A stretch of DNA of 64,000 nucleotides, from assembly GCA_963836185.1 (NCBI GenBank), contig CAWIIQ010000004.1, forward strand, positions 1 to 64,000. The letters run 5' to 3'. Below the pieces are notes generated by a model, which ran no database searches, had not been told where the DNA came from, and worked only from the letters and a program-made list of their open reading frames with translations. The position numbers were made by a program, and so were the translations under genes. Of the stretch, positions 1 through 11,518 are shown in pieces. How positions within the stretch are numbered: position 1 is the first letter of the stretch; each line of letters starts with the position of its first letter. This stretch comes from Candidatus Krumholzibacteriia bacterium (GTDB lineage: Bacteria > Krumholzibacteriota > Krumholzibacteriia > Krumholzibacteriales > Krumholzibacteriaceae).

Positions 1-1
1 C

Positions 2-445
2 TTCGATCACGTGATCACAGGAGGTGTTCCGGTAAGGCTCGGCAAGTTCGGTGAACCCGCGTCCAACTTCGAGTATGTGACGGCCCTCTCGGACGCGCAG
101 GAAGCCGGCGGGTTTCAGGAGGAGGAAGTGTATGTAGTGCCCAATCCGGCGACGACGGAATCGATGGCTCCATGGCAGCTCGAACCGAACATGGACGATC
201 CGACCGGGATCAAGGTCGAGTTCAGGAACCTGCCCGCGTGCAGATCGACTGTGAGGGTGTTCACACTGTCCGGTGATCTCGTCCAGGTGCTGTATCACGA
301 CGGCGGCGACGGGAGAGGAACGCTCGTCTGGGACCTCGTTTCACGCAATCATCAGGACATCACGAGCGGAGTATATCTCTTCACTGTCGCCCCCGATAAC
401 GGGGCTTTCCCGAAGACGACCGGCAAGTTCGTCGTGATAAGATGA
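2..445 (+). CDS. 3' end of a large secreted protein with T9SS-like C-terminal domain (partial, begins before window); paralog of 3881-6365
   Basis: Open frame from base 2 (FDHVITGG...). VYVVPNP...VRVFTLSGDLV...WDLVSRN...SGVYLF...GKFVVIR resembles T9SS type-A/FlgD-Ig CTDs. Aligns without gaps to 5922-6365. Confidence 0.85.
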   Translation, partial: FDHVITGGVPVRLGKFGEPASNFEYVTALSDAQEAGGFQEEEVYVVPNPATTESMAPWQLEPNMDDPTGIKVEFRNLPACRSTVRVFTLSGDLVQVLYHDGGDGRGTLVWDLVSRNHQDITSGVYLFTVAPDNGAFPKTTGKFVVIR

Positions 446-556
446 CAGCAGCAGGTGCATATTATGTAATTTCAAGGATTTCGGGATATTTATCGTATTG
501 TGAGGCGGAAATGACGGGAACCCTCGTTCCTTTTTACTCCACAGAGGGCAATTTGA

Positions 557-585
557 TTGACACCTCATGTAGGGATAATTATATT
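557..585 (+). promoter_or_regulatory. sigma70-type promoter for the TonB-dependent receptor operon
   Basis: TTGACA (557-562), 17 nt, TATATT (580-585) in an AT-rich intergenic region. Confidence 0.65.
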
Positions 586-713
586 ATCCGTGAGGAATTA
601 GAGGAGAGTAACAGACCCCACACCTGTTCCCGACCCGGCATGCTAGACGTATGCCCTGGGATGGGTCCATTAATACAGGCATAGATGCTACAGGCAAGTA
701 CAAGGAGATTGAC

Positions 714-3700
714 ATGAAAGCCCGCTCTCGTTTCAGGCTGCTTGCCATTGTTCTTCCCGCCCTGATCGTTCTTACGGCTGCGCAACCCGCCATGGCGCAG
801 ACAGGAAGGGTCACGGGCAGAGTCACGGAAGCAACGACCGGCAGCCCCCTTCCCTATGCCAATGTAGTGATCGTCGGTACCAACATGGGTGGAATGACCC
901 TTACCGATGGAACTTTCACGGTCGCCGGAGTCCCCGTCGGCACTTATACCATCAAAGTGATGATGATGGGATATGCGCCCGCTGAAGCAGACCGGCATCA
1001 GGGTCGACGCCGGCCAGACCGCAAGGGTCGACTTCAAGCTCGAAGAGCAGATCGTGGGAAAGACACAGGAGATCGTCGTCGAGGCGGAACAGGTCCAGAT
1101 CGATGTGAAGAGCTCCGACGTAAAACACTCCGTGTCAAAGAGCGAGCTTCAGGAACTCCCCGTCGATGATGTCGTGGAGGCTCTCGCTCTCAAGGGCGGG
1201 ATCGTCAAGACAGGTGACGAACTTCACGTGCGAGGCGGACGTGACGGTGAGGTCCAGTTCCAGATCGACGGTGTTCCCGTGGACGATCCTCTCGGTGGCG
1301 GGATGATCTCGGTCGGTATGCTCGGAACCGACGACAGCCAGGTCATCACCGGAGGGATGGACGCGGAGTACGGCAACGCTCAGTCGGCGATCGTCAATGT
1401 CAGTACGAGAGAGGGCGGACGGACCTTCGAAGGACAGGTCCGGTATATGACGGACGATTTCGGCCGCAAGGACAAGACATATACCAACTATGACAGGTTC
1501 AGTCTCGGTTTCGGCGGGCCTACCGGGGTCAATAACCTGACTTTCTACGTATCGGGCGAGTTTACTGCCTCTGACGGTGAGAACTGGGCGATCTGGGGCA
1601 GGGACGATCATATGTCCAGTACGCCTATTTCTAACTATGCGAGCTTTGCGCAGAGACAGTCGGAAGTCGTACAACGTGCAGGGAAAGCTTGCCTGGCAGG
1701 TAAAACCCGGGATGAAGCTTATCGGTGAAGCGATCTATTCACACGCGCAGAACCACGGGTACCAGCACAACTGGAACGTCGAGGGATACGTCGCAGAAGA
1801 TATACAGGTTCACGACGCTGCGGGCGAGCCGTGAGAGTCTCGCCGAAGACGCGAGGGCCTTCGGCCCCTATGTGTCGGTCTACCACGGTCCATGGATCGA
1901 GCAGGAGGTCCAGAGGTCCCCTTCGTATCCCGGCACACTTGAGGGACGGCGAAAGACGATCTACCCGATCACTATCTATTCGAAGGTCCGCGATCCGAAC
2001 AACCCGGACGCGGGAGCTTTCATAATCAGGTACGAAAACTTCTACGCCAGGCTGGTGGAGAACGTATACGGCGAAGAGACAGAGATCATCTGGGATGAGA
2101 TGGTCGTCAACGAGGCCGGCGATGAGACCTACGACAGCAAGGTCCTCTTCGAGGGATTCCAGAATCCCGACTCGAAGTTCAGCTACTTCAGGGATGATTC
2201 GAGCTATGTATACTTCAACTCCGCGGAGCGGACGAACGTAGCTGTAAGCAACAACCTGAACCTCAAGGTGGCGCTGAACCATAATATAAACGACAACCTG
2301 CTCTATACGATCAACGTCAGCCGTTCGCAGTTCGACAGGGTCGTATCGGTCAAGGATCCCGTGACCGGCGAACTGAAGGACCCCCAGGACTTCCTCGTAG
2401 CGGGAACTCCGACGATCCTGCCGAGCGGAGTGTTCATGCTCAGCGGAGTCAGTAACGCTGATCTGGTACACGGATCCGGAATACCCCTACTTCGTCGACG
2501 CGTACGACTTCCCGTACTACCAGGACAGGACTTCGGTCATATACACGGTCAAGGGTGACATCACGTCCCAGCAGTGGTACGGACATGTATTCAAGACGGG
2601 GCTGCAGTTCATATACAACGATCTCGAGGACCAGGCGATCAACTCTCCCGGAAGCGTCAGGCGCCTCGAGGACGGCAGCTACATGATGGGTACAAGCGCC
2701 AACATATTCCATAACTTCAACCCCGAGGCTTCCTTCTATGTCCAGGACAAGTGGGAGTACCAGGGGATGGTCGTTAACGCCGGCGTCAGGTTCGATTTCT
2801 TCTCGCCTGGAAACAATACCGAGATCTCCATCAGTTCCTCGGAGATCGATCCTAACGTCGAGAAGTACAAGTTCCAGGTAAGCCCGCGTCTCGGGTTTGC
2901 TTTCCCGATCACGGACAAGGACAAGTTCCATTTCCATTATGGAAGATTCACTCAGTGGCCGAGCAGGACGTACCTGTTCCGTACCCAGGACATGGTCTCC
3001 GGCACGGGGGTCCTTGGAAACCCCGATCTCGACGAGGAGCTCACTGTCTCGTACCAGGCCGGCGTATCGCATCAGTTCACCGAGACGGTAGCGGCGAACT
3101 TCGTGGTCTTCAACAAGGACATCTACGGCCTGATCTCGTCGACAAGAGTAACGGACGAGGATCTCGGACTTCAGGGTTATCGATATATCAACAGGACGTA
3201 CGCGAGTTCCCGTGGAATGGAGATCGCGATCAACAAGCGTCTCAGCCACCATATCGGTGGCGAGATCTCCTACACCTGGTCGTTTGCCGACGGAGTCGCC
3301 TCTGACGCGAACTTCGGCGTTACCGCCGAGGGACTTTCCCATCTGCCGACGCAGGAGATGCCCCTCGACTGGGATCAGCGCCATACGCTGAACGTCACGC
3401 TAAGGCTGCAGGACCAGAACAACTGGGGAGCTACAATGGTCTACTCCTTCGGCAGCGGGCTGCCGTGGACGCCGGTCGACAGGTTCGCGAGGCGCCAGGA
3501 TCCGCTGTGGGAGAACACGATGAGGCTGGACCCGACACATGTGATCAACATTCAGGGAAGAAAGAAGTTCAATATATACGGACAGGAGCTGACGCTATTC
3601 TTCGAGGGCAGGAACCTGCTTAACGAGGATGTGCTTCTGCCCTTCGGTGTGGCTCCCGGCGCCGCTCCCGGCATGGTAAACGCCAGGATGGACGGCGGTT

Positions 3701-3846
3701 CCTATCTTACGGAGACGGGAAACTTCGGAGGAGCCTATCTGCAGGATCTTGATGAGGATGGCATCGACGACTTTACGCCGGTGAACGATCCCACGATCTG
3801 GGCCTCGCACAGGCTGTGGAGGATAGGCTTTGGATTCGAGTTCTAG
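714..3846 (+). CDS. TonB-dependent receptor with N-terminal carboxypeptidase-regulatory-like domain; four apparent frameshifts (~980, ~1662, ~1793, ~2460)
   Basis: AGGAG RBS, ATG714 and signal peptide. GRVTGRVTEATTGSPLPYANVVIVGT domain, plug motifs LHVRGGRDGEVQFQIDGVPV and GGMDAEYGNAQSAIVNV, barrel motifs SPRLGFAFPITD and GNPDL, C-terminal GFGFEF. Pieces lie in ORFs 651-1169, 973-1728, 1577-1834, 1725-2558 and 2683-3846. Confidence 0.9.
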
Positions 3847-3880
3847 GAAACTCTATGGAGAGGTAATGGAGGTCCTCAAG

Positions 3881-6365
3881 ATGATACGCAAGGGATGCAT
3901 GCTGATCGCGCTGATTGCGATGCTGGTCGTCATGCTTCACTCTCCGGCTTCCGCGAGGAAGGACGAGAGTGAGTGGAACGATAAGCTGAAGCAACTCGAG
4001 CAGATCTGGGTGTACGACGGAACAGGCATCCATAATGTCGGAAACCTGCAGATGCATGTGTGCAACTGGGGGTGTTTCGGATCGTACCCCGCCTCGAACT
4101 GGCCTACAGCCGAATATCCATCAGCGCAGTGGCCCGCCAACTCCGGCGTCGAGTATCTGTACATCGCCGGGCTCTGGATCGGGGCGAGAAAGGGCGGTAT
4201 TCCCGTCGTTTCGACTGCCGCTTACGATATCGAGTTCAGGCCCCCCGGGACCGAGAACCCCGAACGCGAAGATATACACCGCGTTCGAGGGTATCCAGGA
4301 CGGAGCGAGGCTGCCGAGCCCCGATGACGACGACAAGGACGGTGTGTCGGATGAGGACTGGCTGAACGGCGTGGACGACGATGGCGACGGAAAGATCGAT
4401 GAGGATTTCGGCGCTATCGGAAAGCAGATGTTCACCTGCTGGTTCACCGATGATGAGCCGAACGCTACGCAGATCTATCCCGAGCATACTCCCCTTCATC
4501 TCTTTGTGAGGCAGGAGAGTTATCAGTGGGAAGAGGAGCAGTTCTACGATTTCGTCGGTATAGAATACAAGATACAGAATTACGGTACGGATATCATTGA
4601 GGATGTCTTCGTCGGCTTCTTCGCCGATGGCGATGCCGGACCGCGGGACCGCGAGCAGTACTGGACTGATGACTGCACCGGTCTCTGGGAAGGTATCCGC
4701 TGCGCACAGAGGGGCGAGAATCAGGTCCCGGTGAGGATGAGCGTCGCCTACTTCTACGACAAGGACGGCGATGAGGGAAGGACGACGGGCTACCTCGGGA
4801 TCATTTTCCTGGGCCATGACATCGATCCTCTCGGCGATAACGCTCCCCAGAGGGTCGGGATAACCTCGTACCAGAACTTCTCGGGCGATCAGCCGTACGA
4901 GAACGGAGGCGACCCGACGAACGACTACCAGCGGTATGAGCTTATGAGCAGGGCAAGCAAGGATCGTAACGCCGAGGTTCCGCGTGATTACAGGATGCTG
5001 ATGGCGACAGGCCCCTTCCGCGAACTGCTCCCTGACAGCGTGATGACGCTCCAGGTAGCTTTCGTCGCGGGGAACGGCCTCGAGGGCATGCTTTCTTCCG
5101 CGGCGAGCGCGACGATGGCGTTCCAGGGCAACTGGTTCGATATCGACGGCAATCCCCAGACGGGGGTAGACGGAAGAGAGACGCCGCTGTACGGGCCGGT
5201 CAGTTCTCTGGATCCAGATTCGTGTGACACCGATTTTTCTCTCCAGTCGGCTGCCAGGGGCGAGATCCTCTGGGTCAACAACGACTGCTTCGAGGAACTC
5301 GATCTCTGGGAAGACACGAGGTGCTCGAAGGGTAACGCGGTGTTCGAGGACTTTCAGACCGGTGTGTTCGGTAATGAGACCAACGTGAACTGGCTCGTCG
5401 GTTCCGCGCCGCCTCCACCGAATATGAGGGTCCTTCCCTACGACCAGAAGATAGTCCTGCTGTGGGACAATTTCAGCGAGGTCACTCCGGACGTTTCGAC
5501 GCTCGAGTTTGATTTCGAGGGATACAGGATCTGGAGAGCCGACGGCTGGAAAAGGCCGCTCGGCACATCGGTGCTAAGCGGACCTGCCAGGGAACTGTGG
5601 CAGCTCCTGGAGGAGAGAGACCTGGTAAACGGGGTCCTCCCCGATCACGAGTTCAAAATGCCGATTTCGGAAGGTGGATGGGAATATCAGCCCCTATCAG
5701 ACCTGGAAAACAAGGACGAGATCATATCGTACTTCGAGGAAAACCTCTGGTACTATCCGCTCGATACCGTGCCCTGTCCGCCAGGCTTGACAAATCTTCA
5801 GTGCGATACGCTCGAGTCGCTCGCCAGGTACAGCCTGGGCTTCGAGGGCGGCCTGCAGTATTACCAGTTCGACGACAGGGACGTTCATAACGGGATGCAC
5901 TATTTCTACAGTATCACGGCCTACGATCATCTGCTCACTGACGGCGTGCCGATCAGGCCGAACAAGTTCGGCGATCCCTCCTCGAACTTCCAGTACACTG
6001 TGCCTCTCTCCGATGCGCAGCAGGCTGACGAGTACAAGGATGACAAGGTGTACGTGGTTCCCAACCCGGCAACGGCCGAATCGATGGCTCCCTGGGAACT
6101 CGAGCCCAACATGGATGATCCGACGGGGATCAAGGTCGAATTCAGAAACCTGCCCGCGTGCAACAGCACGGTCAGGATTTTCACACTCTCCGGTGACCTC
6201 GTCGAGGTCCTCTATCACGATGGATCAGATGGACGCGGCACACTGAGGTGGGATCTCGTATCCCGCAACGGGCAGGATGTTACAAGTGGTGTCTACCTCT
6301 TCTCGGTAGAGCCGGATGACGGCAGTTTCAGCAGGACTATCGGAAAGTTCGTAGTCATAAGATAA
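3881..6365 (+). CDS. Large secreted protein with acidic Ca-binding-like repeats, FN3-like domain and T9SS-like CTD; one apparent frameshift ~4260
   Basis: GGAGG RBS, ATG3881 and signal peptide (MIRKGCMLIALIA...ASA). HNVGNLQMHVCNWG and WPANSGVEYLY N-terminal motifs, DDDGDGKIDED, PPPPNMRV..KIVLLWD..DFEGYRIWR, CTD ending GKFVVIR. Joins ORFs 3830-4327 and 4035-6365. Confidence 0.85.
5922..6365 (+). repeat. Diverged direct repeat of 2-445 (paralogous CTD coding region)
   Basis: Gap-free alignment at offset 5920; 89 of the last 105 residues identical by manual count. Confidence 0.85.
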
Positions 6366-6398
6366 ATGACAGTGAGATCAATTTCAGGAGGTCTGGTG

Positions 6399-7343
6399 AT
6401 GTTTCGCAAGGTGTTTCTCGGGTTGGTCGTAGTGATGGTGCTGGCGCACGGCATCGCTAACGCCGGGACCGAGCCGTTTGAGAAGGTGGGTACTTATGCG
6501 GCCCAGTTTCTTAAAGTAGGCGTCTCGGCGAGAGCGGCCGGAATGGGTAGTGCGTATACGGCGGTCGCCGACGGCGCTACCGCGATCTACTGGAACCCGG
6601 CCGGTATGGTCGCGCAGCCAAGGACAGAGGTGACTCTCAATACGGTTACCTGGCCGGCTGACATCGATGTCTATTTTGCAGCCGCCACATTTTCTACTCC
6701 GTACCTTCCGGGGACCTGGGGAGTCAGCGCACGAGCCCTGACGATGGATCCCCAGCTCGAGCGGACGATCTATATGCCCGAAGGTACGAACCGGTACTTC
6801 GACGCGGGTGACATGTCTTTCGGCCTGTCATACGCGATGTATTTTACCGACAAGTTCTCAGCCGGTATTACGGCCCACTTCATCCATATGGGTCTTGCCG
6901 ACAAGAGCGTCCAGACGATGGCGTTCGACTTCGGCCTCATCTACCGGATCGGCATCCAGGGAATGAAGCTCGGTATGATGATCCAGAGTCTCGGTTCCGA
7001 GGTCGATTATGACGACAGGGCGTCAAAGATGCCGACCCTCTTCAAGGTCGGTCTGAGTATCGACGCTTACAGGAGAGGCGCTCACGCACTGCTCGCGTCC
7101 GGAGAGTTCGCTCATCCTTCCGACAACAAGGAGAGGATGAACGTCGGATTGGAATATGGATTCAACCAGTTCTTCTTCCTGCGTTCCGGATACAATATCG
7201 ATTACGATACGCAGGGTCTTGCATGGGGAGTCGGCTTCAGGTTCGATACGAGCCAGACTTCCGATATCGGTTTCGATTATGCCTGGGAGGACCTCGGGTA
7301 CCTCGGACAGGCGCATCGCTTCACCCTCAATTTCAGTTACTAG
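6399..7343 (+). CDS. PorV/PorQ-family outer-membrane beta-barrel
   Basis: AGGAGG RBS and signal peptide. KVGTYAAQFLKVGVSARAAGMGSAYTAVADGATAIYWNPAG, GLEYGFNQFFFLRSGY, terminal HRFTLNFSY. Confidence 0.9.
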   Translation: MFRKVFLGLVVVMVLAHGIANAGTEPFEKVGTYAAQFLKVGVSARAAGMGSAYTAVADGATAIYWNPAGMVAQPRTEVTLNTVTWPADIDVYFAAATFSTPYLPGTWGVSARALTMDPQLERTIYMPEGTNRYFDAGDMSFGLSYAMYFTDKFSAGITAHFIHMGLADKSVQTMAFDFGLIYRIGIQGMKLGMMIQSLGSEVDYDDRASKMPTLFKVGLSIDAYRRGAHALLASGEFAHPSDNKERMNVGLEYGFNQFFFLRSGYNIDYDTQGLAWGVGFRFDTSQTSDIGFDYAWEDLGYLGQAHRFTLNFSY

Positions 7344-7382
7344 GCTGGGGGGTGCCGGGCCTATTCAGATCGGAGGCCTGTA

Positions 7383-8895
7383 ATGAGAGAAACACGAAAC
7401 ATCACGTTAATGACAATTATAGCTCTGCTGCTGCTTGCGCCGGCAGCAGCGGGGCAGGTCGCAAGAGGGGAAGGGGATTTCGAGTTCTTCCTCGACACCT
7501 CCGCTCTTCCCCTGGAAAACGGCAGGATACTGGGGCTCTTCCAGATCGCCATCCCAGTCAAGGAAATCCACTACAAGGAAGATGAACGGATCGTTCGAGG
7601 CCGCTGTAAAGGTCGAGCTCGTCCTTATGCGCGGCGACGAGAAGATCCACGAAAAAGGTCTTGTGATCAGGGACAGCCGGGATGAAAAGCCCATGATCAA
7701 TGATCTCTCGGGATTCATATACATGTCCGATTCCTGTACAGTCGATCCCGGAAGCTATACTGTCAGCGTCCGGGTCGAGGATCTTCAGCGCAAGAAAAAG
7801 ACTCTGATGGGCCTGATCAGCAGCAAGAATCTCTATTCCAGGATCGAGGACCTCGAGATAGAGATAGCGGGCTTTGCTCCAGGCCGACTGGCCCTCAGCG
7901 AGCCGGTGCTGCTATGGAGCCGGGAGAGCGGGGGGCGTTACGTTCCCAATCCGATGCAGATATACGGATTGAAGAACGATACACTCTCCTTTTTCGCCAG
8001 CGGCCTGGTGCCGGATGGAGATGCCGTCTGATTCAGTCGATGTTTACCTCTCGATCCTCGATTCCAAGGGAGAGACGGTAGGCACGACGAGCGGCCTGGT
8101 CCCTGTAAGAAATGAAAGGGTACTGATTTCGGGTCTTTCGACGTCAACACGTGGCCGGCCGGAAACTACACGGCCAGGGTAGAGGTCCTGTACGGCGGAG
8201 TCCTGAGGGGAGTGTCCGCGAAGGATTTCAGCGTCGCGTGGCAGATTGCTTAACTGGCAGAAGCCGCGCCGAGATATCCTTGTCGAGGCAAAGGTAGATC
8301 TTCGATGATTCCGACTTCATGGAGTTCCAGAAGATGAGCATCGGCGAACAGGAGCGGGTGCTGGTCGCTTTCTGGAAAAAGCACGATCCGACTCCGCATA
8401 CAGCAGTCAATGAACTGTACGATATATTCCAGAACCGGGTCAGGTACGCGGACGCTAATTTTCCGGCGGCAACACCCGGGGGGCGCTGAATCCCCGCGGG
8501 CTGCTCTACATAAAGTGGGGCCCTCCCGATGAGATCATCTCGGAAGCGGTTCCCTTCAACAGGACCGATCTGAACGAATCACTCGGAAAGCTCGAGGACA
8601 AGTACAAGGTCGTATCCATTCCCCGTACAAGGGATTGGGCACGGATTTCGTGATGATGAAGGAAGCGACGAGCGGTATCAACAGACCCTACAGGGGCGGC
8701 GGAATGGATACCGGCGCGTACGAGCTGTGGATGTACGTGATGAGAGGTGATCCCCTCTTCGAAAAGGACAGGGTAATGATGGGTGAGGCCGGTATGAGGT
8801 TTCTGTTCGTCGACAAGGACGGTATAGGAAACTTCCTGCTGGTAGGCACTTCAGAGGAATTAGAGGGATTCGGCGTTACACCTGCGGATGAATAA
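7383..8895 (+). CDS. GWxTD-domain protein, broken by about seven indels (sequencing error or pseudogene)
   Basis: Signal peptide; LALSEPVL and YVPNPMQIYG. Reassembled frames give FWKKHDPTPHTAVNELYDIFQNRVRYADANF, RGLLYIKWGPPDEI, YELWMY and FLFVDKDGIGNFLLV, the usual GWxTD-domain layout. Confidence 0.75.
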
Positions 8896-8936
8896 CGCTG
8901 AAAAGAAGCGCCCTGACCGGCCCCGGGAATTTTTCG

Positions 8937-8965
8937 TTGACAAGGGGGTTCGCATAAAGTATTTT
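8937..8965 (+). promoter_or_regulatory. sigma70-type promoter for exbB-exbD-exbD-tonB
   Basis: TTGACA (8937-8942), 17 nt, TATTTT (8960-8965). Confidence 0.55.
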
Positions 8966-9125
8966 ACAGCAGTTAAGAGGCTGATACGGGCTGATTTGCG
9001 TGTTTCCATGGTTATTCTTCCAGCCCGGGGAGACTGATTGGGCCTCTCGACTTTTTCAACGGAAAATCCGTAACTGAGAGAAAGTACGCTATAAGTACTA
9101 TTTATCCCTAAAAGGAGCGCGTCGC

Positions 9126-9986
9126 ATGGTAAAGACAAACTCTTCGGTCAGGTCGATTCTTCTCATATCGATCCTCCTCGCAGCATTCGCTTCAGTCGCC
9201 GTCGTGGCGCAGGAAGCTGAGGAGATCGTTGAGCCTGAATTCACCGTCCAGGCCGAGACCGATTCACTTGCAACGGCAAAGAACGACTCGATGTTCGTAG
9301 CGAAAGCCGTCGAGGATATGGCTGAGAGTAAAAGGCTCGGAGCCGTTCTTTACAACCTCAAGCACAGCGGTATCGGTGAGAAGTACGTTCAGGGCGGAAA
9401 CTTCATGCACGCCCTTCTTTTCGCCTCGATCATCGGCTTTGTCTTTATTATCGAGAGGTTCGTTACCCTGTCGCGCGCCCGTGTAAACGTCAGAAGGCTG
9501 ATGTCCGAGGTCCTTTCGGCCATGCGGGCAGAGGGTCTTGATGGAGCCATGCGGGTCTGCGAAAGGACGAGAGGTCCGATCGCCGCCGTGCTCCACTCCG
9601 GCCTGCTCAGGGCGGGCCGAGGTCCGGACGCCGTGAAAGAGGCTATCGAGACGGCTGGCAGTATCGAGACATCGTTCCTCGAGAGAGGTCTCGTCGCGAT
9701 CGCCACGGTCGCGCAGGTCGCGCCGCTTCTCGGATTCCTAGGTACGGTATCCGGTATGATCAGCGCGTTCGCCGCTATCGCGTCGGCCGAGCAGGTCAGC
9801 GCGAAGGTCGTGGCTTCCGGTATCGAGGAAGCGCTTATCACGACGGCGACAGGTCTTATTATCGCTATTCCAGCGAGTATCGGCCATTCGTTCTTCGTTT
9901 CACAGATCGACAGGTTCGTTCTTGAGATGGAGGAAGCCTCGGCCGAGCTCGTGAACGAGCTCATCGAGATGGGTATGGGGCAGTAA
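9126..9986 (+). CDS. exbB: MotA/TolQ/ExbB proton channel protein
   Basis: APLLGFLGTVSGMISAF and GIEEALITTATGLIIAIPA; N-terminal signal peptide and acidic extension. Confidence 0.93.
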   Translation: MVKTNSSVRSILLISILLAAFASVAVVAQEAEEIVEPEFTVQAETDSLATAKNDSMFVAKAVEDMAESKRLGAVLYNLKHSGIGEKYVQGGNFMHALLFASIIGFVFIIERFVTLSRARVNVRRLMSEVLSAMRAEGLDGAMRVCERTRGPIAAVLHSGLLRAGRGPDAVKEAIETAGSIETSFLERGLVAIATVAQVAPLLGFLGTVSGMISAFAAIASAEQVSAKVVASGIEEALITTATGLIIAIPASIGHSFFVSQIDRFVLEMEEASAELVNELIEMGMGQ

Positions 9987-10006
9987 CCCGTCCGGAGTAA
10001 TAAAAA

Positions 10007-10417
10007 ATGATCAAGAAGAGAAGCAAAGTATCTTCCGAATTCAGTACCGCCTCGATGTCGGACATCAACTTCCTTCTGCTCATCTTCTTCCTGGTGAGCA
10101 CGATGTTCGCGGTCGAAAAGGGACTGCCGATGGCCCTTCCCGGGCAGCAGTCCAAATCGGTGAAGCTGAAGCGGGACAACGTTCTCACGATTCAGGCGTT
10201 CGCGAACGGATCGATCGTGATTAGGGGGACCGGGCCGGTAGGCATGAGGGATCTCAAGGAGATCATCGAGAACAAGCTTATCGCCAATCCCAAGCTCGTA
10301 GTCGTCATCGAGACGCACCCCGACGCTGAATACGCGGTCATGATCGATATCCTTGACGAGCTGAGGCTCGCGAACGCACAGAGGATCTCTTTGAGAACGA
10401 TGAAGAGTAGTGGTTAA
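10007..10417 (+). CDS. exbD: Biopolymer transporter ExbD
   Basis: SMSDINFLLLIFFLVST transmembrane segment with conserved Asp; follows exbB. Confidence 0.92.
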   Translation: MIKKRSKVSSEFSTASMSDINFLLLIFFLVSTMFAVEKGLPMALPGQQSKSVKLKRDNVLTIQAFANGSIVIRGTGPVGMRDLKEIIENKLIANPKLVVVIETHPDAEYAVMIDILDELRLANAQRISLRTMKSSG

Positions 10418-10432
10418 CAGAGGAGAGACGCC

Positions 10433-10840
10433 TTGAAGATTACTAAAAAACAGGGTGTACAGAACGCGATCCCGACAGGATCGATGGCTGATATCATCTT
10501 CCTTCTGTTGATCTTCTTCATGGTCACGACGATCTTCAAGATGGAAGAGGGCCTTCCGATCTCATTGCCGCGCGCCGAAACAGGCTCGGAGCTTGAGCGG
10601 GAGAAACTGATGAATATCTGGGCCGACCGTTACAGCAGGGTCAGCATCAACGACAAACTGGTACAGGTCGATCTTATCGATATCGTGGTAACAAAGCGGT
10701 TCGAAGAGAACAGGAGCCTGATCGTAGCCTTCAACGTCGACAGGCGCACGAAGTATGACCTGGTGGACCGTATCATGGAGCAGCTGAAGGAAGCTAACGC
10801 CGTCAACGTGACATTCGTGTCCGTCGGCGATGATGATTAG
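10433..10840 (+). CDS. exbD: Second ExbD paralog (TTG start)
   Basis: SMADIIFLLLIFFMVTT; AGGAG RBS. Confidence 0.92.
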   Translation: MKITKKQGVQNAIPTGSMADIIFLLLIFFMVTTIFKMEEGLPISLPRAETGSELEREKLMNIWADRYSRVSINDKLVQVDLIDIVVTKRFEENRSLIVAFNVDRRTKYDLVDRIMEQLKEANAVNVTFVSVGDDD

Positions 10841-10861
10841 ATAATCGAAAAGGGGGCCTTC

Positions 10862-11494
10862 GTGGCCGTTACCGCTGTTGCAAACCAGAAATTCAAGGCG
10901 GGGTACAACAGATACCTGCGGAACGCTCTTTACGCGACGCTAGTTCTGCATTTCGTAGGCATCTACTTTTCGCCCCCCTTCGAGTTCAAGCCTTACGTAC
11001 TGAAGGAGCAGGAGTTCATCGCGATCGATACGGCCGAGGACTTCGAGCTTCCTCCTCCTCCGAAGGAGATCGATCAGCCCGTGGTGCCGATCGCCGCAGA
11101 GGAAGGCGAGGAAGTAGACGAGGAGACCGAGATCGCTCCGACGAGTTTCGACCGTATCGAGAACCTTCCTCCTCCGCCTCCGCCTCCGTCCGAATCGTCG
11201 TCGGAATTCTACGCGTTCGATGAGCCGCCGCAACTGATCCGGTACGTTCCGCCCAGTTATCCCGCGCTTGCGAGGCAGGCCGGTATCGAGGGAACGGTAC
11301 TGCTGCGCGTAGTGGTCGGAACGGACGGAAAGGTCGAGAGCGCTACCGTCATCCAGTCCGATGTGACGCCGGCGATGGAAAAAGCCGCCATGGCGGCGGC
11401 GAGGCAGTTCCTCTTCAAACCCGCGAAACAGAGGACGGTCCCTGTAAGGGCAAGTATGGCTGTGCCGATCAGGTTCAAGCTGCACGGCAGCTGA
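10862..11494 (+). CDS. tonB: Energy transducer TonB
   Basis: N-terminal TM with His, Pro/Glu-rich linker, YPALARQAGIEGTVLLRVVVGTDGKV C-terminal domain. Confidence 0.93.
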   Translation: MAVTAVANQKFKAGYNRYLRNALYATLVLHFVGIYFSPPFEFKPYVLKEQEFIAIDTAEDFELPPPPKEIDQPVVPIAAEEGEEVDEETEIAPTSFDRIENLPPPPPPPSESSSEFYAFDEPPQLIRYVPPSYPALARQAGIEGTVLLRVVVGTDGKVESATVIQSDVTPAMEKAAMAAARQFLFKPAKQRTVPVRASMAVPIRFKLHGS

Positions 11495-11518
11495 TCTGTC
11501 GCGAATATCAGGAATCCA

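Noticed and set aside
8020-8500. Stop-codon read-through or selenocysteine at TGA codons in the GWxTD gene
   Set aside because: Homology-like sequence continues in a different frame each time, which indicates indels, not recoding.
11050-11190. (CCT/CCG)n repeats as contingency loci
   Set aside because: They encode the normal poly-proline linker of TonB.
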